Positions 22,372 through 33,044 of a DNA stretch of 64,000 bases are shown here, in pieces. How positions within the stretch are numbered: the stretch's first letter is position 1; each line of letters opens with the position of its first letter. The position numbers and the translations under genes are program-made. The DNA is from Cohnella sp. (GTDB lineage: Bacteria > Bacillota > Bacilli > Paenibacillales > Paenibacillaceae), in the NCBI RefSeq assembly GCF_041640265.1, contig NZ_JBEQAP010000031.1:3008-67007 (forward strand). The letters are read 5' to 3'. The notes beneath the pieces were generated by a model that saw nothing but the letters and a program-made list of their open reading frames with translations, was not told where the DNA came from and ran no database searches.

Positions 22372-22510
22372 CTTTCGGTTCCCCCTTCCTAGGAATAAAA
22401 TGTGTAACTGATTTCATCCGCTAGGACCTACGTCATTCACTTGGAGGGAATTTGCTCTCACCGCATTCCTTGAGTGAATCCTGGTTCCTATTGTGTTGTC
22501 AACGAATCTA

Positions 22511-22539
22511 AAAATAACATCTATCAGCATGAAATGCAA
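22511..22539 (-). promoter_or_regulatory. SigA promoter of speD, implying a ~130-nt leader
   Basis: TTGCAT-N17-TATTTT with extended -10 TG. Confidence 0.6.
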
Positions 22540-22608
22540 TACTTTTTTTTATTGATCCAATTCTGCGCTTACCCTGCGTCCAACCAACCCATTCCGAAAT
22601 AAAGAGCA

Positions 22609-22637
22609 TAAAGAAAAGAGCCGTTAGACGGCTCTTC
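22609..22637 (-). terminator. Intrinsic terminator
   Basis: AAGAGCCGT-TAG-ACGGCTCTT with A-rich left flank. Confidence 0.75.
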
Positions 22638-22655
22638 GGTATCTCATTTCACTTA

Positions 22656-23246
22656 TTAAGCCTCGAGCGTGAACAATAAGCGACTGTGGTATTTCAAACT
22701 TAAATCTATCTCAGCGATTTGCTCCGGATCCTTAAGCTGGTTGCGAATATCAAGCAACTCGTTCACAGAACCGCGTAAACGGTTAATCTCTTCTTCAACC
22801 GAACAAAGATTGAATTGGCTTTCCATTCTGCCCAGTGTATCCTTGTGTTCAAATACCGTTCTTGTTTGAGTTCCGTTATTCTCTACTATGAGGACGACAG
22901 CCCCCCGAATGTAGTGGTACACCATCGTATAAGAAGGATAAATCCGATTTACAATTGCATCGCCCTTGAAGAAAGATACCAGCTTACGTAAAGTATTCGT
23001 TAGTTTAGGTTGAACGACGCGACAAGTGAGTGTGCAACGGTATTCTTCGTTTATGCGCTCAAAGGTCAGGCGAATAGATTCTCCGCCAGCGTCTTCTTCC
23101 AATACGACCTCCTGATTGCCGTTATCCAGAACAAAAACTTGCAGCTTAAGCTGCTGGATCTCGCAAAGGGTGATCAAACGCGGCATTTCGGCTTCCGTCA
23201 GTGTCAGACTGGCATTGACATACTCCGTGGCTACCCTATGAGCCAT
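22656..23246 (-). CDS. Hypothetical protein
   Basis: 196 aa ORF with RBS GAGGAG and own terminator; no motif recognised. Confidence 0.8.
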   Translation of the reverse strand: MAHRVATEYVNASLTLTEAEMPRLITLCEIQQLKLQVFVLDNGNQEVVLEEDAGGESIRLTFERINEEYRCTLTCRVVQPKLTNTLRKLVSFFKGDAIVNRIYPSYTMVYHYIRGAVVLIVENNGTQTRTVFEHKDTLGRMESQFNLCSVEEEINRLRGSVNELLDIRNQLKDPEQIAEIDLSLKYHSRLLFTLEA

Positions 23247-23399
23247 AAAATCTCCTCAATTCCATTTGTCTTGCAAATTGTAATTCTTAATATCTAAACT
23301 TATTATACGATACTTCAAACAACGTTTCCTCTCGCCCGAACGTGATTTTTCCGGAAAAAACACGCAAAAAACGATTCCTGCCTCGATCCTGCATAACTT

Positions 23400-24044
23400 T
23401 TAACCGTTATCCTCTGTTTCCTGCATGATGTTAGCAGGTTCTGTGGGAGTATTAAGCGGTATTTCTGCCACTTGCTCAATTAAGCTCCATAATTCATCTC
23501 TTCCTTGTCCAGTCTCGGAGGAAAACAAATTAAGCGGAACATGACCAGGCATACCCAAGGTTTGACGAATCACCTTGGAGTGTTTGATCCACTGCGAACG
23601 AGAAACTTTATCTGCTTTAGTTGCAACGACACACATTGGAATGTCGTAGTGAGATAACCAAGCGTACATCTTCACGTCTTCAGCAGATGGTGCGTGACGC
23701 AAATCAACGAGCTGAAGCACGAGCTTTAACGGCTCGCGCTCCTGCAAGTATAGTTCGATCATTTTGCCCCATGACAGCCTCTGTGTTTTAGCAACCCGGG
23801 CATACCCATAACCGGGAAAATCCACAAAATATAAATCCTCATTGATCTTGTAGTAGTTTAGAGTCTGGGTTTTCCCAGGCTGACCGCTTGTACGAGCCAA
23901 ATTGCGGCGAAGAAGCATCTTGTTGATCAGCGAGGATTTCCCCACATTGGAACGGCCGCACAGGGCCACCTCCGGTAAACCATCCTCCGGGTACTGGCTC
24001 GGTCCAACCGCGCTTATTACAAATTCACTTTGCTTGATTTTCAT
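23400..24044 (-). CDS. engB: Ribosome biogenesis GTPase YihA/YsxC
   Basis: [15 protein letters not shown] and TKADK motifs; follows lon. Confidence 0.95.
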   Translation of the reverse strand: MKIKQSEFVISAVGPSQYPEDGLPEVALCGRSNVGKSSLINKMLLRRNLARTSGQPGKTQTLNYYKINEDLYFVDFPGYGYARVAKTQRLSWGKMIELYLQEREPLKLVLQLVDLRHAPSAEDVKMYAWLSHYDIPMCVVATKADKVSRSQWIKHSKVIRQTLGMPGHVPLNLFSSETGQGRDELWSLIEQVAEIPLNTPTEPANIMQETEDNG

Positions 24045-24062
24045 AATACAAGACGTCTCCCA

Positions 24063-26507
24063 TCAATGTGTGCCAAGCGGCGGAGTTTCTTCCGATTCAT
24101 CGGATGCGGAAGGTCGGATCGCCGGGTTCTCGGCCTGCAGTTCATTCTCTTCCGATCCTGAAGATGCCTTGGGTTGCGCAAGAGGTTCGGACAATGCATG
24201 CTGCAGTACTTCATCCATATGCGCTACGGGTACAAAGGTCATATCCGCGCGTACGCTTTCGGGTATGTCTCGTAAATCTCTTTCGTTGTCTTGAGGTATC
24301 AACACCTTGGTAATGCCCGCCCGATGTGCGGCAAGTGACTTCTCCTTAAGTCCTCCGATCGGGAGAACGCGGCCTCTTAACGTAATTTCTCCGGTCATCG
24401 CAACCTCGCGAGATACCTTCCGGTTCGTTAACGCGGATATTAAAGCAGTTGCCATTGTAATGCCTGCCGATGGTCCATCCTTGGGGATTGCACCTTCGGG
24501 AATATGCACATGAATATCAAGCTTCTCATGGAAAAGAGGATCGATCCCCAACTCTTTCACGCGGCTTCGAGTATAGCTGTAGGCGGCCTGAGCCGACTCT
24601 TTCATGACATCCCCCAGTTGACCGGTTAATGTCAGTTTTCCGCTGCCTGGCATGAGTGTGACTTCAATGACAAGAGTATCCCCGCCAACCTCTGTCCATG
24701 CCAATCCCGTAACCGCGCCGATCTGATCCTCAAGCTCCGCCATTCCATGCCGGAACCTGAAAGGTCCAAGCAAATCCTTCAGCTTCGCTGTATCTACAAC
24801 AAACGGAGAAGCTTCACTATCCGCAACAATCGCCTTAGCCGCTTTCCGGCAGATCGAAGCTAATTGCTGCTCCATGTTACGTACGCCCGACTCCCGTGTG
24901 TAATGACGGATCATGGCTAGAAGCGCATCGCTATCGAGAACCAGCTGATTCTCTTCTAAGCCGTGGTCGCGCTTCTGCTTTGGCAATAAGTGTCTTTCGG
25001 CGATCTGCAGCTTCTCAAGCTCGGTATAGCCTGGTATTTGAAGAAGCTCCATCCGGTCCAGCAGAGGACGCGGTATGTTGTGCAACACATTAGCAGTCGT
25101 GACGAACATCACATTAGAAAGATCGAACGGCATTTCGACATAATGATCGCTAAAGGTAGCGTTCTGCTCCGGGTCAAGCACCTCAAGCAATGCCGAGGAA
25201 GGATCGCCCCTGAAATCCATAGCCATTTTATCAATTTCATCCAAGAGGAACACCGGGTTTGCAGAACCAGCGTTGCGCATGCCTTGAAGAATACGCCCAG
25301 GCATTGCCCCTACGTAGGTGCGGCGGTGACCGCGGATTTCCGCTTCGTCTCGCACCCCGCCTAATGAGATACGGACAAATTCACGGCCCAACGATTTGGC
25401 TATGGATCTAGCCAAGGAGGTTTTCCCGACCCCTGGAGGTCCTACTAAACAGAGAATCGGCCCCTTAAGCTTCTTGACAAGCTTCTGAACGGCCAAGTAT
25501 TCCAATACACGTTCTTTAGGTTTCTCTAAGCCGTAGTGCTCATCATCCAAAATTTTCTCGGCTTTAATGATGTCCAGATCATCTTCCGTTTGCTTGCTCC
25601 ATGGCAAAGCGAGCAGCCATTCCACATAAGTACGAATAACGGCCCCTTCGGCCGATGTAGCAGGCATTTTCTCTAAACGGTCGATTTCCTTTTCGACTTT
25701 GGCTGTGATTTTCTCGGGAAGCTCGGCTTCCGCCAGCTGGGCTCTCAGCTCTTCCACTTCTCCCGCACGGCCTTCTTTATCCCCGAGCTCCTTCTGAATG
25801 GCTTTCATCTGCTCTCGAAGGTAATATTCCTTCTGCGTCTTCTCCATTTGCTTCTTCACTCGCTGGCTGATCTTACGCTCCAGCTCGAGCACTTCCCGCT
25901 CATTGTTAAGAAAGTCGAGGAGCTTCTCCAGACGCGGGCGAACTTCGACGGTTTCTAAAATTTCTTGCTTATCTTTGATTTTCAGTGACAGGTGACTCGT
26001 AATGACGTCCGCCAGACGGCCAGGATGATCAATGTCCGATACCGCAGCCAGCGTCTCCGGCGTCACCTTCTTGGAAAGGTTGATGTAATGCTCGAATTGA
26101 CTGAGCACGGCACGCATAAGCGCATCCAACTCGGAGTCGTTTGTCTGTCCTTCGTGAAGCTCTTTGGCCAGTACCTCGTAGTAATTCTCATTCGGCAAAT
26201 ACTGCTCGATCTCAGCCCTGCTCACGCCCTCCACCAGTACACGAATCGTACCGTTGGGCAGCTTCAACATTTGACGAACCTTGGCAATCGTACCTACTTG
26301 ATAAATATCCTCTTGAGTAGGCTCTTCAATGTTGATTTCCGATTGGGAGCAGAGAAGTATCATATGATCGTCGATCATCGCTTGCTCCAACGCCTTGATG
26401 GACTTCTCGCGACCTACATCCAGATGAAGCACCATACTTGGATAAACGAGCAGCCCTCTAAGGGGCAGCAAGGGAATTGAACGGCTTTTCTGTTTGCTCG
26501 AACCCAT
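24063..26507 (-). CDS. lon: Lon protease (LonA)
   Basis: LON N-domain, [16 protein letters not shown]; start at ATG 26507. Confidence 0.97.
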   Translation of the reverse strand: MGSSKQKSRSIPLLPLRGLLVYPSMVLHLDVGREKSIKALEQAMIDDHMILLCSQSEINIEEPTQEDIYQVGTIAKVRQMLKLPNGTIRVLVEGVSRAEIEQYLPNENYYEVLAKELHEGQTNDSELDALMRAVLSQFEHYINLSKKVTPETLAAVSDIDHPGRLADVITSHLSLKIKDKQEILETVEVRPRLEKLLDFLNNEREVLELERKISQRVKKQMEKTQKEYYLREQMKAIQKELGDKEGRAGEVEELRAQLAEAELPEKITAKVEKEIDRLEKMPATSAEGAVIRTYVEWLLALPWSKQTEDDLDIIKAEKILDDEHYGLEKPKERVLEYLAVQKLVKKLKGPILCLVGPPGVGKTSLARSIAKSLGREFVRISLGGVRDEAEIRGHRRTYVGAMPGRILQGMRNAGSANPVFLLDEIDKMAMDFRGDPSSALLEVLDPEQNATFSDHYVEMPFDLSNVMFVTTANVLHNIPRPLLDRMELLQIPGYTELEKLQIAERHLLPKQKRDHGLEENQLVLDSDALLAMIRHYTRESGVRNMEQQLASICRKAAKAIVADSEASPFVVDTAKLKDLLGPFRFRHGMAELEDQIGAVTGLAWTEVGGDTLVIEVTLMPGSGKLTLTGQLGDVMKESAQAAYSYTRSRVKELGIDPLFHEKLDIHVHIPEGAIPKDGPSAGITMATALISALTNRKVSREVAMTGEITLRGRVLPIGGLKEKSLAAHRAGITKVLIPQDNERDLRDIPESVRADMTFVPVAHMDEVLQHALSEPLAQPKASSGSEENELQAENPAIRPSASDESEETPPLGTH

Positions 26508-26581
26508 GATTGACGCACCTCGCAATTCTGGAACGATATTCAAACACTCCAGTCATTGTATCAAATGTATTCGCTCGCCGC

Positions 26582-26609
26582 AAAAAAGAGGCCGCCTGAA
26601 TGGGCGGCT
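26582..26609 (-). terminator. Terminator after lonB
   Basis: GGCCGCC-TGAATG-GGCGGCT hairpin with an A-run on the left. Confidence 0.65.
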
Positions 26610-26629
26610 ATCTCCCTAATCTATTGTTT

Positions 26630-28402
26630 TTATCCTTCGATTTGGTGCATCGTACCATCTCTTGCCGAAGATTCCTTACGAATGGTTTCAGCTTGCATGA
26701 CTGATCCAGCGGAAGCAGCAGCGAAGGTGTCCGACAAAGTCGGGAGCTCTGCCAGCTGGTGCTCCCGCTCCGTCCAGATCATATGCTCACCGAATACATG
26801 GCGGAATACATCTTCCATTCGATCAACCGGAATAACCCTGACTCCTTCAAGCCCTTCAAAGATCGCTTGCCAATTTTCTTTGGGAATCAGTACAGTGTCC
26901 GCGCCTGATTGGAATGCGGCCTCAACTTTGGCAATGACTCCCCCAACCGGTTTAACTCCCCCATGAATACTTACTTCTCCGGTCATTGCAAGTTTATTGT
27001 CAACGGGCTGCTTGGTCATCGCTGAGGCGATAGCTACGGCCATTGCTACGCCGGCAGATGGACCATCGACTGGCGTACCACCCGGGAAATTGATATGCAA
27101 ATCGAAGTTCTCCGGTTGAAAGCCATTGCGCCTAAGTACCGTCAGTACGTTATCAAGCGAGCCCTTCGCCATGCTTTTCCTTCGTACTGACCTGCCGCCT
27201 CCGCCCAGCTCCTCTTCCTCTACGATACCCGTGATATTGAACAGCCCTTTCCCGGTTGCAGCAGGAATTGCGGTAACTTCAATTTCTAGGAGCGCCCCCA
27301 TGCTGGGACCATAAACTGCTAAGCCATTAACAAGGCCGACTTGCGGCATAGATGGCACTTTGCGGTCTGGACGAGGAGGAAGCTGGCTGCTATTCACAAC
27401 CCACTCCACATCGGCAGCGCTTAAATCCTCACGGTTCTCCGAAAGGGCCAGCCCTGCAGCCAATTGAATGATATTGACGGCTTCCCGGCCATTCGTAGCA
27501 TATCGTTTCAAAACCTCTAGCGTAGCCGGTAGTGGGTGAAAGCCTATCTTGTTAATGGCATTTTCTGCGATTTGACCAATTTCATTAGGAAGAAGGGGGC
27601 GAAAATACACCTCCATGCATCGGCTGCGAAGTGCAGGCGGAAGATCGCCTGGTGAACGGGTTGTTGCGCCTACGAGCCTGAAGTCCGCGGGAAGTCCATT
27701 CTGAAAAATATCATGAATGTACATCGGAATATTGGTATCCTCGGCATGATAATAGGCACTCTCAAGGAATACCTTTCGATCCTCCAACACTTTTAGCAGC
27801 TTATTAAGTTGAATGGGATGCAGTTCGCCAATCTCATCGATAAACAAAATGCCCCCGTGGGCTTTCGTAACTGCACCGGGCTTGGGCTGCGGAATTCCTG
27901 CAACTCCCATTGCTCCCGCACCCTGATAAATCGGATCGTGAACCGAACCGATTAGAGGATCGGCAATTCCTCGCTCGTCAAATCGTGCTGTAGTCGCATC
28001 AATCTCCGTAAACTTGGCCTCCTGGCGGAACGGCGAAAGCTTATTCTTCTTCGCTTCCTCCAAGATGACCCGCGCTGCAGCTGTTTTTCCTACACCCGGC
28101 GGTCCGTATACAAGCACATGCTGAGGATTACTGCTGCATAGCGCTGCTTTAAGCGCACGTAAGCCTTCCTTCTGACCTACAATATCCATTATCGTCGCAG
28201 GTCTTGTTTTCTCCGAGAGCGGCTTGGTTAATGAAATTGAACGAAGCTTCCGCAGCTTGTCCATTTCCTTGCGCGATTCCCGATCTACTGCGCTGCGGTT
28301 CGTCTTCTGGTTGCGCAGCAAATTCCAAAAATAAATGCCGATAACAACGGCGAAAAACACTTGGACCAGCATAAGAATGGTGCTTATAGTCATCTGATTC
28401 AT
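26630..28402 (-). CDS. lonB: Sporulation ATP-dependent protease LonB
   Basis: N-terminal [41 protein letters not shown]. Confidence 0.95.
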   Translation of the reverse strand: MNQMTISTILMLVQVFFAVVIGIYFWNLLRNQKTNRSAVDRESRKEMDKLRKLRSISLTKPLSEKTRPATIMDIVGQKEGLRALKAALCSSNPQHVLVYGPPGVGKTAAARVILEEAKKNKLSPFRQEAKFTEIDATTARFDERGIADPLIGSVHDPIYQGAGAMGVAGIPQPKPGAVTKAHGGILFIDEIGELHPIQLNKLLKVLEDRKVFLESAYYHAEDTNIPMYIHDIFQNGLPADFRLVGATTRSPGDLPPALRSRCMEVYFRPLLPNEIGQIAENAINKIGFHPLPATLEVLKRYATNGREAVNIIQLAAGLALSENREDLSAADVEWVVNSSQLPPRPDRKVPSMPQVGLVNGLAVYGPSMGALLEIEVTAIPAATGKGLFNITGIVEEEELGGGGRSVRRKSMAKGSLDNVLTVLRRNGFQPENFDLHINFPGGTPVDGPSAGVAMAVAIASAMTKQPVDNKLAMTGEVSIHGGVKPVGGVIAKVEAAFQSGADTVLIPKENWQAIFEGLEGVRVIPVDRMEDVFRHVFGEHMIWTEREHQLAELPTLSDTFAAASAGSVMQAETIRKESSARDGTMHQIEG

Positions 28403-28444
28403 CCTCCCCGTTCACGCCTTCGGCAAGCACAGCCTTTCCTACGC

Positions 28445-28499
28445 AAAAAACAAAAAACCGGCATCCGGGCTATACTTGGTAGTATTGCCCGAATGCCGG
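28445..28499 (-). terminator. Terminator after the SNF2 gene
   Basis: 19-bp imperfect stem CCGGCATTCGGGCAATACT/AGTATAGCCCGGATGCCGG followed by TTTTTTGTTTTTT. Confidence 0.8.
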
Positions 28500-28512
28500 A
28501 ATATATAGTCAC

Positions 28513-31500
28513 TCAGATTTCCAACAGCTCGCGAATATCGTCTTCAGTCAAGGTTGACAATGCCGCATCGCCTGATTGGATCACTTCGTCTATTAAATCT
28601 TTCTTTCGTTGCTGAAGCTCGAGCATTTTCTCTTCAATCGTTCCTTGAGCGACCAATTTAATAACTTGAACGACTTTCTTCTGTCCAATCCGGTGGGCTC
28701 TGTCTGCTGCCTGCTGCTCCACGGCGGGATTCCACCATAGATCGAATAGTACTACAGTATCGGCCCCGGTTAAATTCAATCCAGTGCCGCCCGCCTTTAA
28801 GGAGATCAGGAAGATATCCCTCGCGCCGCCGTTAAACTCATCACACATTTCAAGCCGTTTGGCGGATGGCGTCGAGCCGTCCAAATAAAAATATGGTAAT
28901 TCCCTTTCATCCAGTTCCCGCTTAATAATGTCCAGCATCGAAGTAAACTGGGAGAAGATTAACATCCGCTTGCTGCTGCCTTGGCACTCCTCGATAATTT
29001 CCAAGAGCTGCTCCAGCTTGCCGGAGGTTCCCTCGTACCCGCTTACGAATAAAGCAGGGTGACAGCATAGCTGTCTTAAGCGAGTCAAGCCTGCTAAAAT
29101 TTTCATCCGGTTTTTCTGGAAACCATCCGCAGCTAGATCTTTAACGATGTCGTTCTGCAATTTCTCCAGGTATGCCAAGTAAAGCTGCTTCTGCTCTGTA
29201 GAGAGCTCGGAGGGCTGGACACTCTCAATCTTGTCCGGCAATTCCTTCAGCACTTCGCTCTTCAGCCGGCGTAATATGAATGGTTTAACCATTCTTGCAA
29301 CCTTCTCCCTAGTGAGATCGGAGAATGCCTTTCTACCGCTGAACAAGCCAGGGAATATCGCTTCGAATATAGACCACAGTTCCTCGAGAGAGTTCTCGAT
29401 CGGGGTTCCCGTCAGAGCGAACCGTTGCCCCGCTTGCAATCTACGAACGGCATGCGAAGTTAGTGAGGCATGATTTTTAATCGCTTGCGCTTCGTCCAGG
29501 AACAAGGTCCGGAAGCTCTGCTTCTCGTACCACTCAATGTCTCTGCGCAGCAAAGGGTACGAGGTAATCCATACATCGACATCTCTCATGTCCGACATCA
29601 GCTCGCTGCGCTCCTGTCTATCTCCAGCCGCTACAACCGTTCTCAGCTGCGGAGCGAACTTCTTGCATTCACGCTCCCAGTTGTAAATGAGCGAGGCAGG
29701 AGAAACAATGAGCACAGGAGAAGGCGTAACACCCTCTTCTATTTGTTTAGCCGTCTCCGAAACGATATAAGCGATACTTTGTATCGTTTTCCCAAGTCCC
29801 ATATCATCCGCGAGAATACCGCCTAGACGATACTCGGATAACGTCTTCAGCCACTGGAACCCATATTTCTGATAATCTCTAAGCACAGGGTCGAGAAAAG
29901 GCGGAATTTCGAAATCCAAATTATCCGGATTTCGAAGATTATCCCATAGCCTTCTTAAAGCCTTGCCTAGTTGAACTCCGGGTGTCTTGCCGAACTGATC
30001 CATCAATTGAAACCCGCGAAGAGCCGGCATCCGTATTCGATTACCATTCAATTCAGGTCTCTTCAGGTCCAGCTCTTCAAACAACCGATGGATTTCCTTA
30101 AAGCTCTCCTGCTCCAAAGACAGGAAAGCTCCACCCGGCATCCGGTAATATTTCTTCTTCTCCACTAGGTTGCGAAGAAGATTCTGAATTTCCTGTTCGT
30201 CCATACCCTCCATGTCAAAGGACACTTCAAGCCAATTCGTTCCTACATCCACGTCCAAGCGCGCTCTAGGCTGGTACTGGACTACTCTCATGACCTCTTT
30301 AACAGAGTTGGTGGCATAGATCTCGACATCACTGTCTAGTTGAGGCAATATGCCGTACAAGAAATCATAAATGTCGTCTTCCTGGTCCAGATATACTTCT
30401 TTCCCGTTGAATTTAAAGGAAGATCTTTCAATTAAGCTCATTATTCGGTTTTCCCGGTCAAGATCACGCATCAGGATAACGTCTTCTCTTGCATTTTTCA
30501 TCGCTTTCTGCGGCAAGGGAGTTATGATCATATCATCATAAACGTACTCCAGTCTTGCGAGCAGCCTATCATCCTCGAAATCGAGGTGCAGCTTAGCTTC
30601 TAAGGGGGGATTCACGATTCTGTCTGCGATTTGCGGAGAGATCTCTACATTCACGAACTGTTTCAAGCCGCGTACAACCCGATCAATGAAAGCTTCAATT
30701 TGCTCCGGGGCGATAAGTAACCGAGTATTTTTCTCATAATGAAACATCTTCTTCAGATCCGATATCCGCTTAAGCTGGTCAGGATCAGACTTGAAAAAAA
30801 GGCCATTAACAATCGCGATACCATAATTATCAAGGAACGTGGAATTTTTGAGTCCCTCAATTTCGAGCTGATAACCTTCTCCTAGAGCTTTGTTTAGTTG
30901 AACGGAAATCGGAAGAGGCCCCTCCATCATTTCCATTCGATGATTACCGCTTTTTTCTTCGAAGCTGATGTTCACATGCGCAAGCAAAGGCAGCAGCCTT
31001 TCCCAGATCGCAGGGGGGATTACCAAAATCCGTTCTTCTCTAAGCGAGTATGAGGAAAAGGAGTGGAATAGATCCTTGTATATTTCCTCGGCATTCATCG
31101 CTTCGATTAGCAGCTGAATAACCTGATTGTCATGCGCCCTAAAAAAATGCTCGGAAGGATCGAAGGTGAAGTGTTTGGCAAACATCATCGGTGTGCCGGC
31201 ATCGGCATGCTTCAGAAAATCTTTTATTCGCTGCACGATGTAAAGCCGGGATACTCCGACCTTCATCGAAATCGCAAACATCGGCTTATTAGTAAAGCTT
31301 TTAACGACTTTACAAAAGAATTCGACCTCTAGTGGCTGTGAGTCTGTGAAATCAATATCTTCCTGCGATAGCTCGGATTGCCTAGTTAATGTACGGTCGA
31401 ACAGAAAAATAACCTGTCGGGTAAGATGTGAATCCTTCTCGGAGATTTCTTCGTCCGGCCGCGAGATTTCCTCTGGCTTTTCGTCCATTAACGTCATAAG

Positions 31501-31785
31501 AACAGCGGCAATATGCTTGCAGTAAGATAAAGGGGAATAGGCCGTGCACTCACAGGAAGCGCCAACCTCCCCATTTTCAGCGATCTCGATTTCTACGTTG
31601 TAACGGCTTTGTTCATTTCCTTTTACGAGAGCCCGGTAACCTAATCCATCCGCTTCTTGCTTGACGGAAATAACTTGACCGGAGCGGAAATAAGCTTCAC
31701 CCCGCATATAGGAAGCTGCATCGCATAGCTCTTGTATACTCTGCTTAGTAAGAGAAAGCTTAGCTACTTCCCTGCCCAGTACCAT
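28513..31785 (-). CDS. SWIM zinc finger / SNF2-family helicase
   Basis: SCEC...CKHIAAVL SWIM, LADDMGLGKT, DEAQ, TGTPIEN, DRAHRIGQ; start codon uncertain. Confidence 0.92.
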   Translation of the reverse strand: MVLGREVAKLSLTKQSIQELCDAASYMRGEAYFRSGQVISVKQEADGLGYRALVKGNEQSRYNVEIEIAENGEVGASCECTAYSPLSYCKHIAAVLMTLMDEKPEEISRPDEEISEKDSHLTRQVIFLFDRTLTRQSELSQEDIDFTDSQPLEVEFFCKVVKSFTNKPMFAISMKVGVSRLYIVQRIKDFLKHADAGTPMMFAKHFTFDPSEHFFRAHDNQVIQLLIEAMNAEEIYKDLFHSFSSYSLREERILVIPPAIWERLLPLLAHVNISFEEKSGNHRMEMMEGPLPISVQLNKALGEGYQLEIEGLKNSTFLDNYGIAIVNGLFFKSDPDQLKRISDLKKMFHYEKNTRLLIAPEQIEAFIDRVVRGLKQFVNVEISPQIADRIVNPPLEAKLHLDFEDDRLLARLEYVYDDMIITPLPQKAMKNAREDVILMRDLDRENRIMSLIERSSFKFNGKEVYLDQEDDIYDFLYGILPQLDSDVEIYATNSVKEVMRVVQYQPRARLDVDVGTNWLEVSFDMEGMDEQEIQNLLRNLVEKKKYYRMPGGAFLSLEQESFKEIHRLFEELDLKRPELNGNRIRMPALRGFQLMDQFGKTPGVQLGKALRRLWDNLRNPDNLDFEIPPFLDPVLRDYQKYGFQWLKTLSEYRLGGILADDMGLGKTIQSIAYIVSETAKQIEEGVTPSPVLIVSPASLIYNWERECKKFAPQLRTVVAAGDRQERSELMSDMRDVDVWITSYPLLRRDIEWYEKQSFRTLFLDEAQAIKNHASLTSHAVRRLQAGQRFALTGTPIENSLEELWSIFEAIFPGLFSGRKAFSDLTREKVARMVKPFILRRLKSEVLKELPDKIESVQPSELSTEQKQLYLAYLEKLQNDIVKDLAADGFQKNRMKILAGLTRLRQLCCHPALFVSGYEGTSGKLEQLLEIIEECQGSSKRMLIFSQFTSMLDIIKRELDERELPYFYLDGSTPSAKRLEMCDEFNGGARDIFLISLKAGGTGLNLTGADTVVLFDLWWNPAVEQQAADRAHRIGQKKVVQVIKLVAQGTIEEKMLELQQRKKDLIDEVIQSGDAALSTLTEDDIRELLEI

Positions 31786-31827
31786 TATGCATCAACCCGC
31801 ATTTCCCAGTATTTCTTCAATATTTCT

Positions 31828-32925
31828 TCAATGCTTCCGACCTGGAATGACTCCCGTTTCATTGTAGGAGCTTACGATTTGGTCAATTTCCTTCTTCAGT
31901 TCACTCACTAAATCGGCTTCTGGTACTTTACGTATCATTTCACCATAACGGAAGAGCATACCCTCGCCGCGTGCTCCAGCAATCCCGATATCCGCCTCAC
32001 GAGCTTCACCGGGACCATTAACCGCACAACCGAGTACAGATACTTTAATAGGCACCTTCAGCTTGGATAAATACTCCTCAACCTCATTAGCAACTGCGAA
32101 CAGATCGATATCTAGGCGGCCGCATGTCGGACAAGAAACAAGTGTCGGCGCATCCGTAATCAGTCCAAAAACCTTCAGCATCTCACGAGCAACCTTGATT
32201 TCTTCAACGGGGTCTGCGCTTAAGGATATACGCATGGTATTCCCGATGCCCGCATTCAGTAATACGCCAAGCCCTGCAGCACTCTTAATTGTACCTGAGA
32301 ACAGAGTGCCCGCCTCTGTAATGCCCAAGTGGAGCGGATAGCGAATGACTTGAGCAGCTTTAGTATACGCGTCGATTGCCATAGGAACGTCAGAAGCTTT
32401 AAGAGAGACAATAATGTCGTGAAAATCGAGTTCTTCGAGAATGCCGATGTGGAATAAAGCACTCTCCACCATTGCTTCAGGTGTCGGATATCCGTATTTC
32501 TCCAGCAAGTGATTTTCCAGAGAACCCGCATTAACGCCGATCCGAATCGGAATTCCCCGCTCCTTGCAAGCCTTGACGACAGCTTCGACTTTTTCCCGCC
32601 GTCCAATATTACCTGGATTGATCCGGACCTTATCTATACCGTTCTCGATAGCTAGAAGCGCCAATCGATGGTCGAAATGAATATCCGCAACCAAAGGAAT
32701 ATTGATCTCTCTTTTAATCGATTTGATCGCTTCTGCAGCTTCTTTATTGTTAACAGTGACGCGAACGATCTGACAGCCCGCTTCCTCTAACCGTTTGATC
32801 TCAGCAACAGTTGCAGCTACATCAGCCGTCTTCGTTGTGCACATGCTCTGCAGGATAACTTCGTTACTCCCGCCAATGGTCAAATTACCAACTCGCACGG
32901 GTACGGTATCTGTACGTTTGAACAT
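31828..32925 (-). CDS. ispG: (E)-4-hydroxy-3-methylbut-2-enyl diphosphate synthase
   Basis: ADIHFD, RINPGN, SCPTCGR and GCAVNGPGE motifs; start at ATG 32925. Confidence 0.96.
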   Translation of the reverse strand: MFKRTDTVPVRVGNLTIGGSNEVILQSMCTTKTADVAATVAEIKRLEEAGCQIVRVTVNNKEAAEAIKSIKREINIPLVADIHFDHRLALLAIENGIDKVRINPGNIGRREKVEAVVKACKERGIPIRIGVNAGSLENHLLEKYGYPTPEAMVESALFHIGILEELDFHDIIVSLKASDVPMAIDAYTKAAQVIRYPLHLGITEAGTLFSGTIKSAAGLGVLLNAGIGNTMRISLSADPVEEIKVAREMLKVFGLITDAPTLVSCPTCGRLDIDLFAVANEVEEYLSKLKVPIKVSVLGCAVNGPGEAREADIGIAGARGEGMLFRYGEMIRKVPEADLVSELKKEIDQIVSSYNETGVIPGRKH

Positions 32926-33044
32926 AAGGTTTCTCCCCTGTATACGCCAAAGTCCACCCCGCATGATAGGCAGGGTGGAACCGGCAAATCTAGGCGAACT
33001 CCGCATGGCCGAAAGGCCTTAATGCGGCTTTCGTCCTGCTCCCG

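Noticed and set aside
22372-22505. SAM-I riboswitch upstream of speD
   Set aside because: SAM-I core motifs (AUC.AGAG, GCAACC, GUGC) were not found; kept only as an unknown-motif candidate
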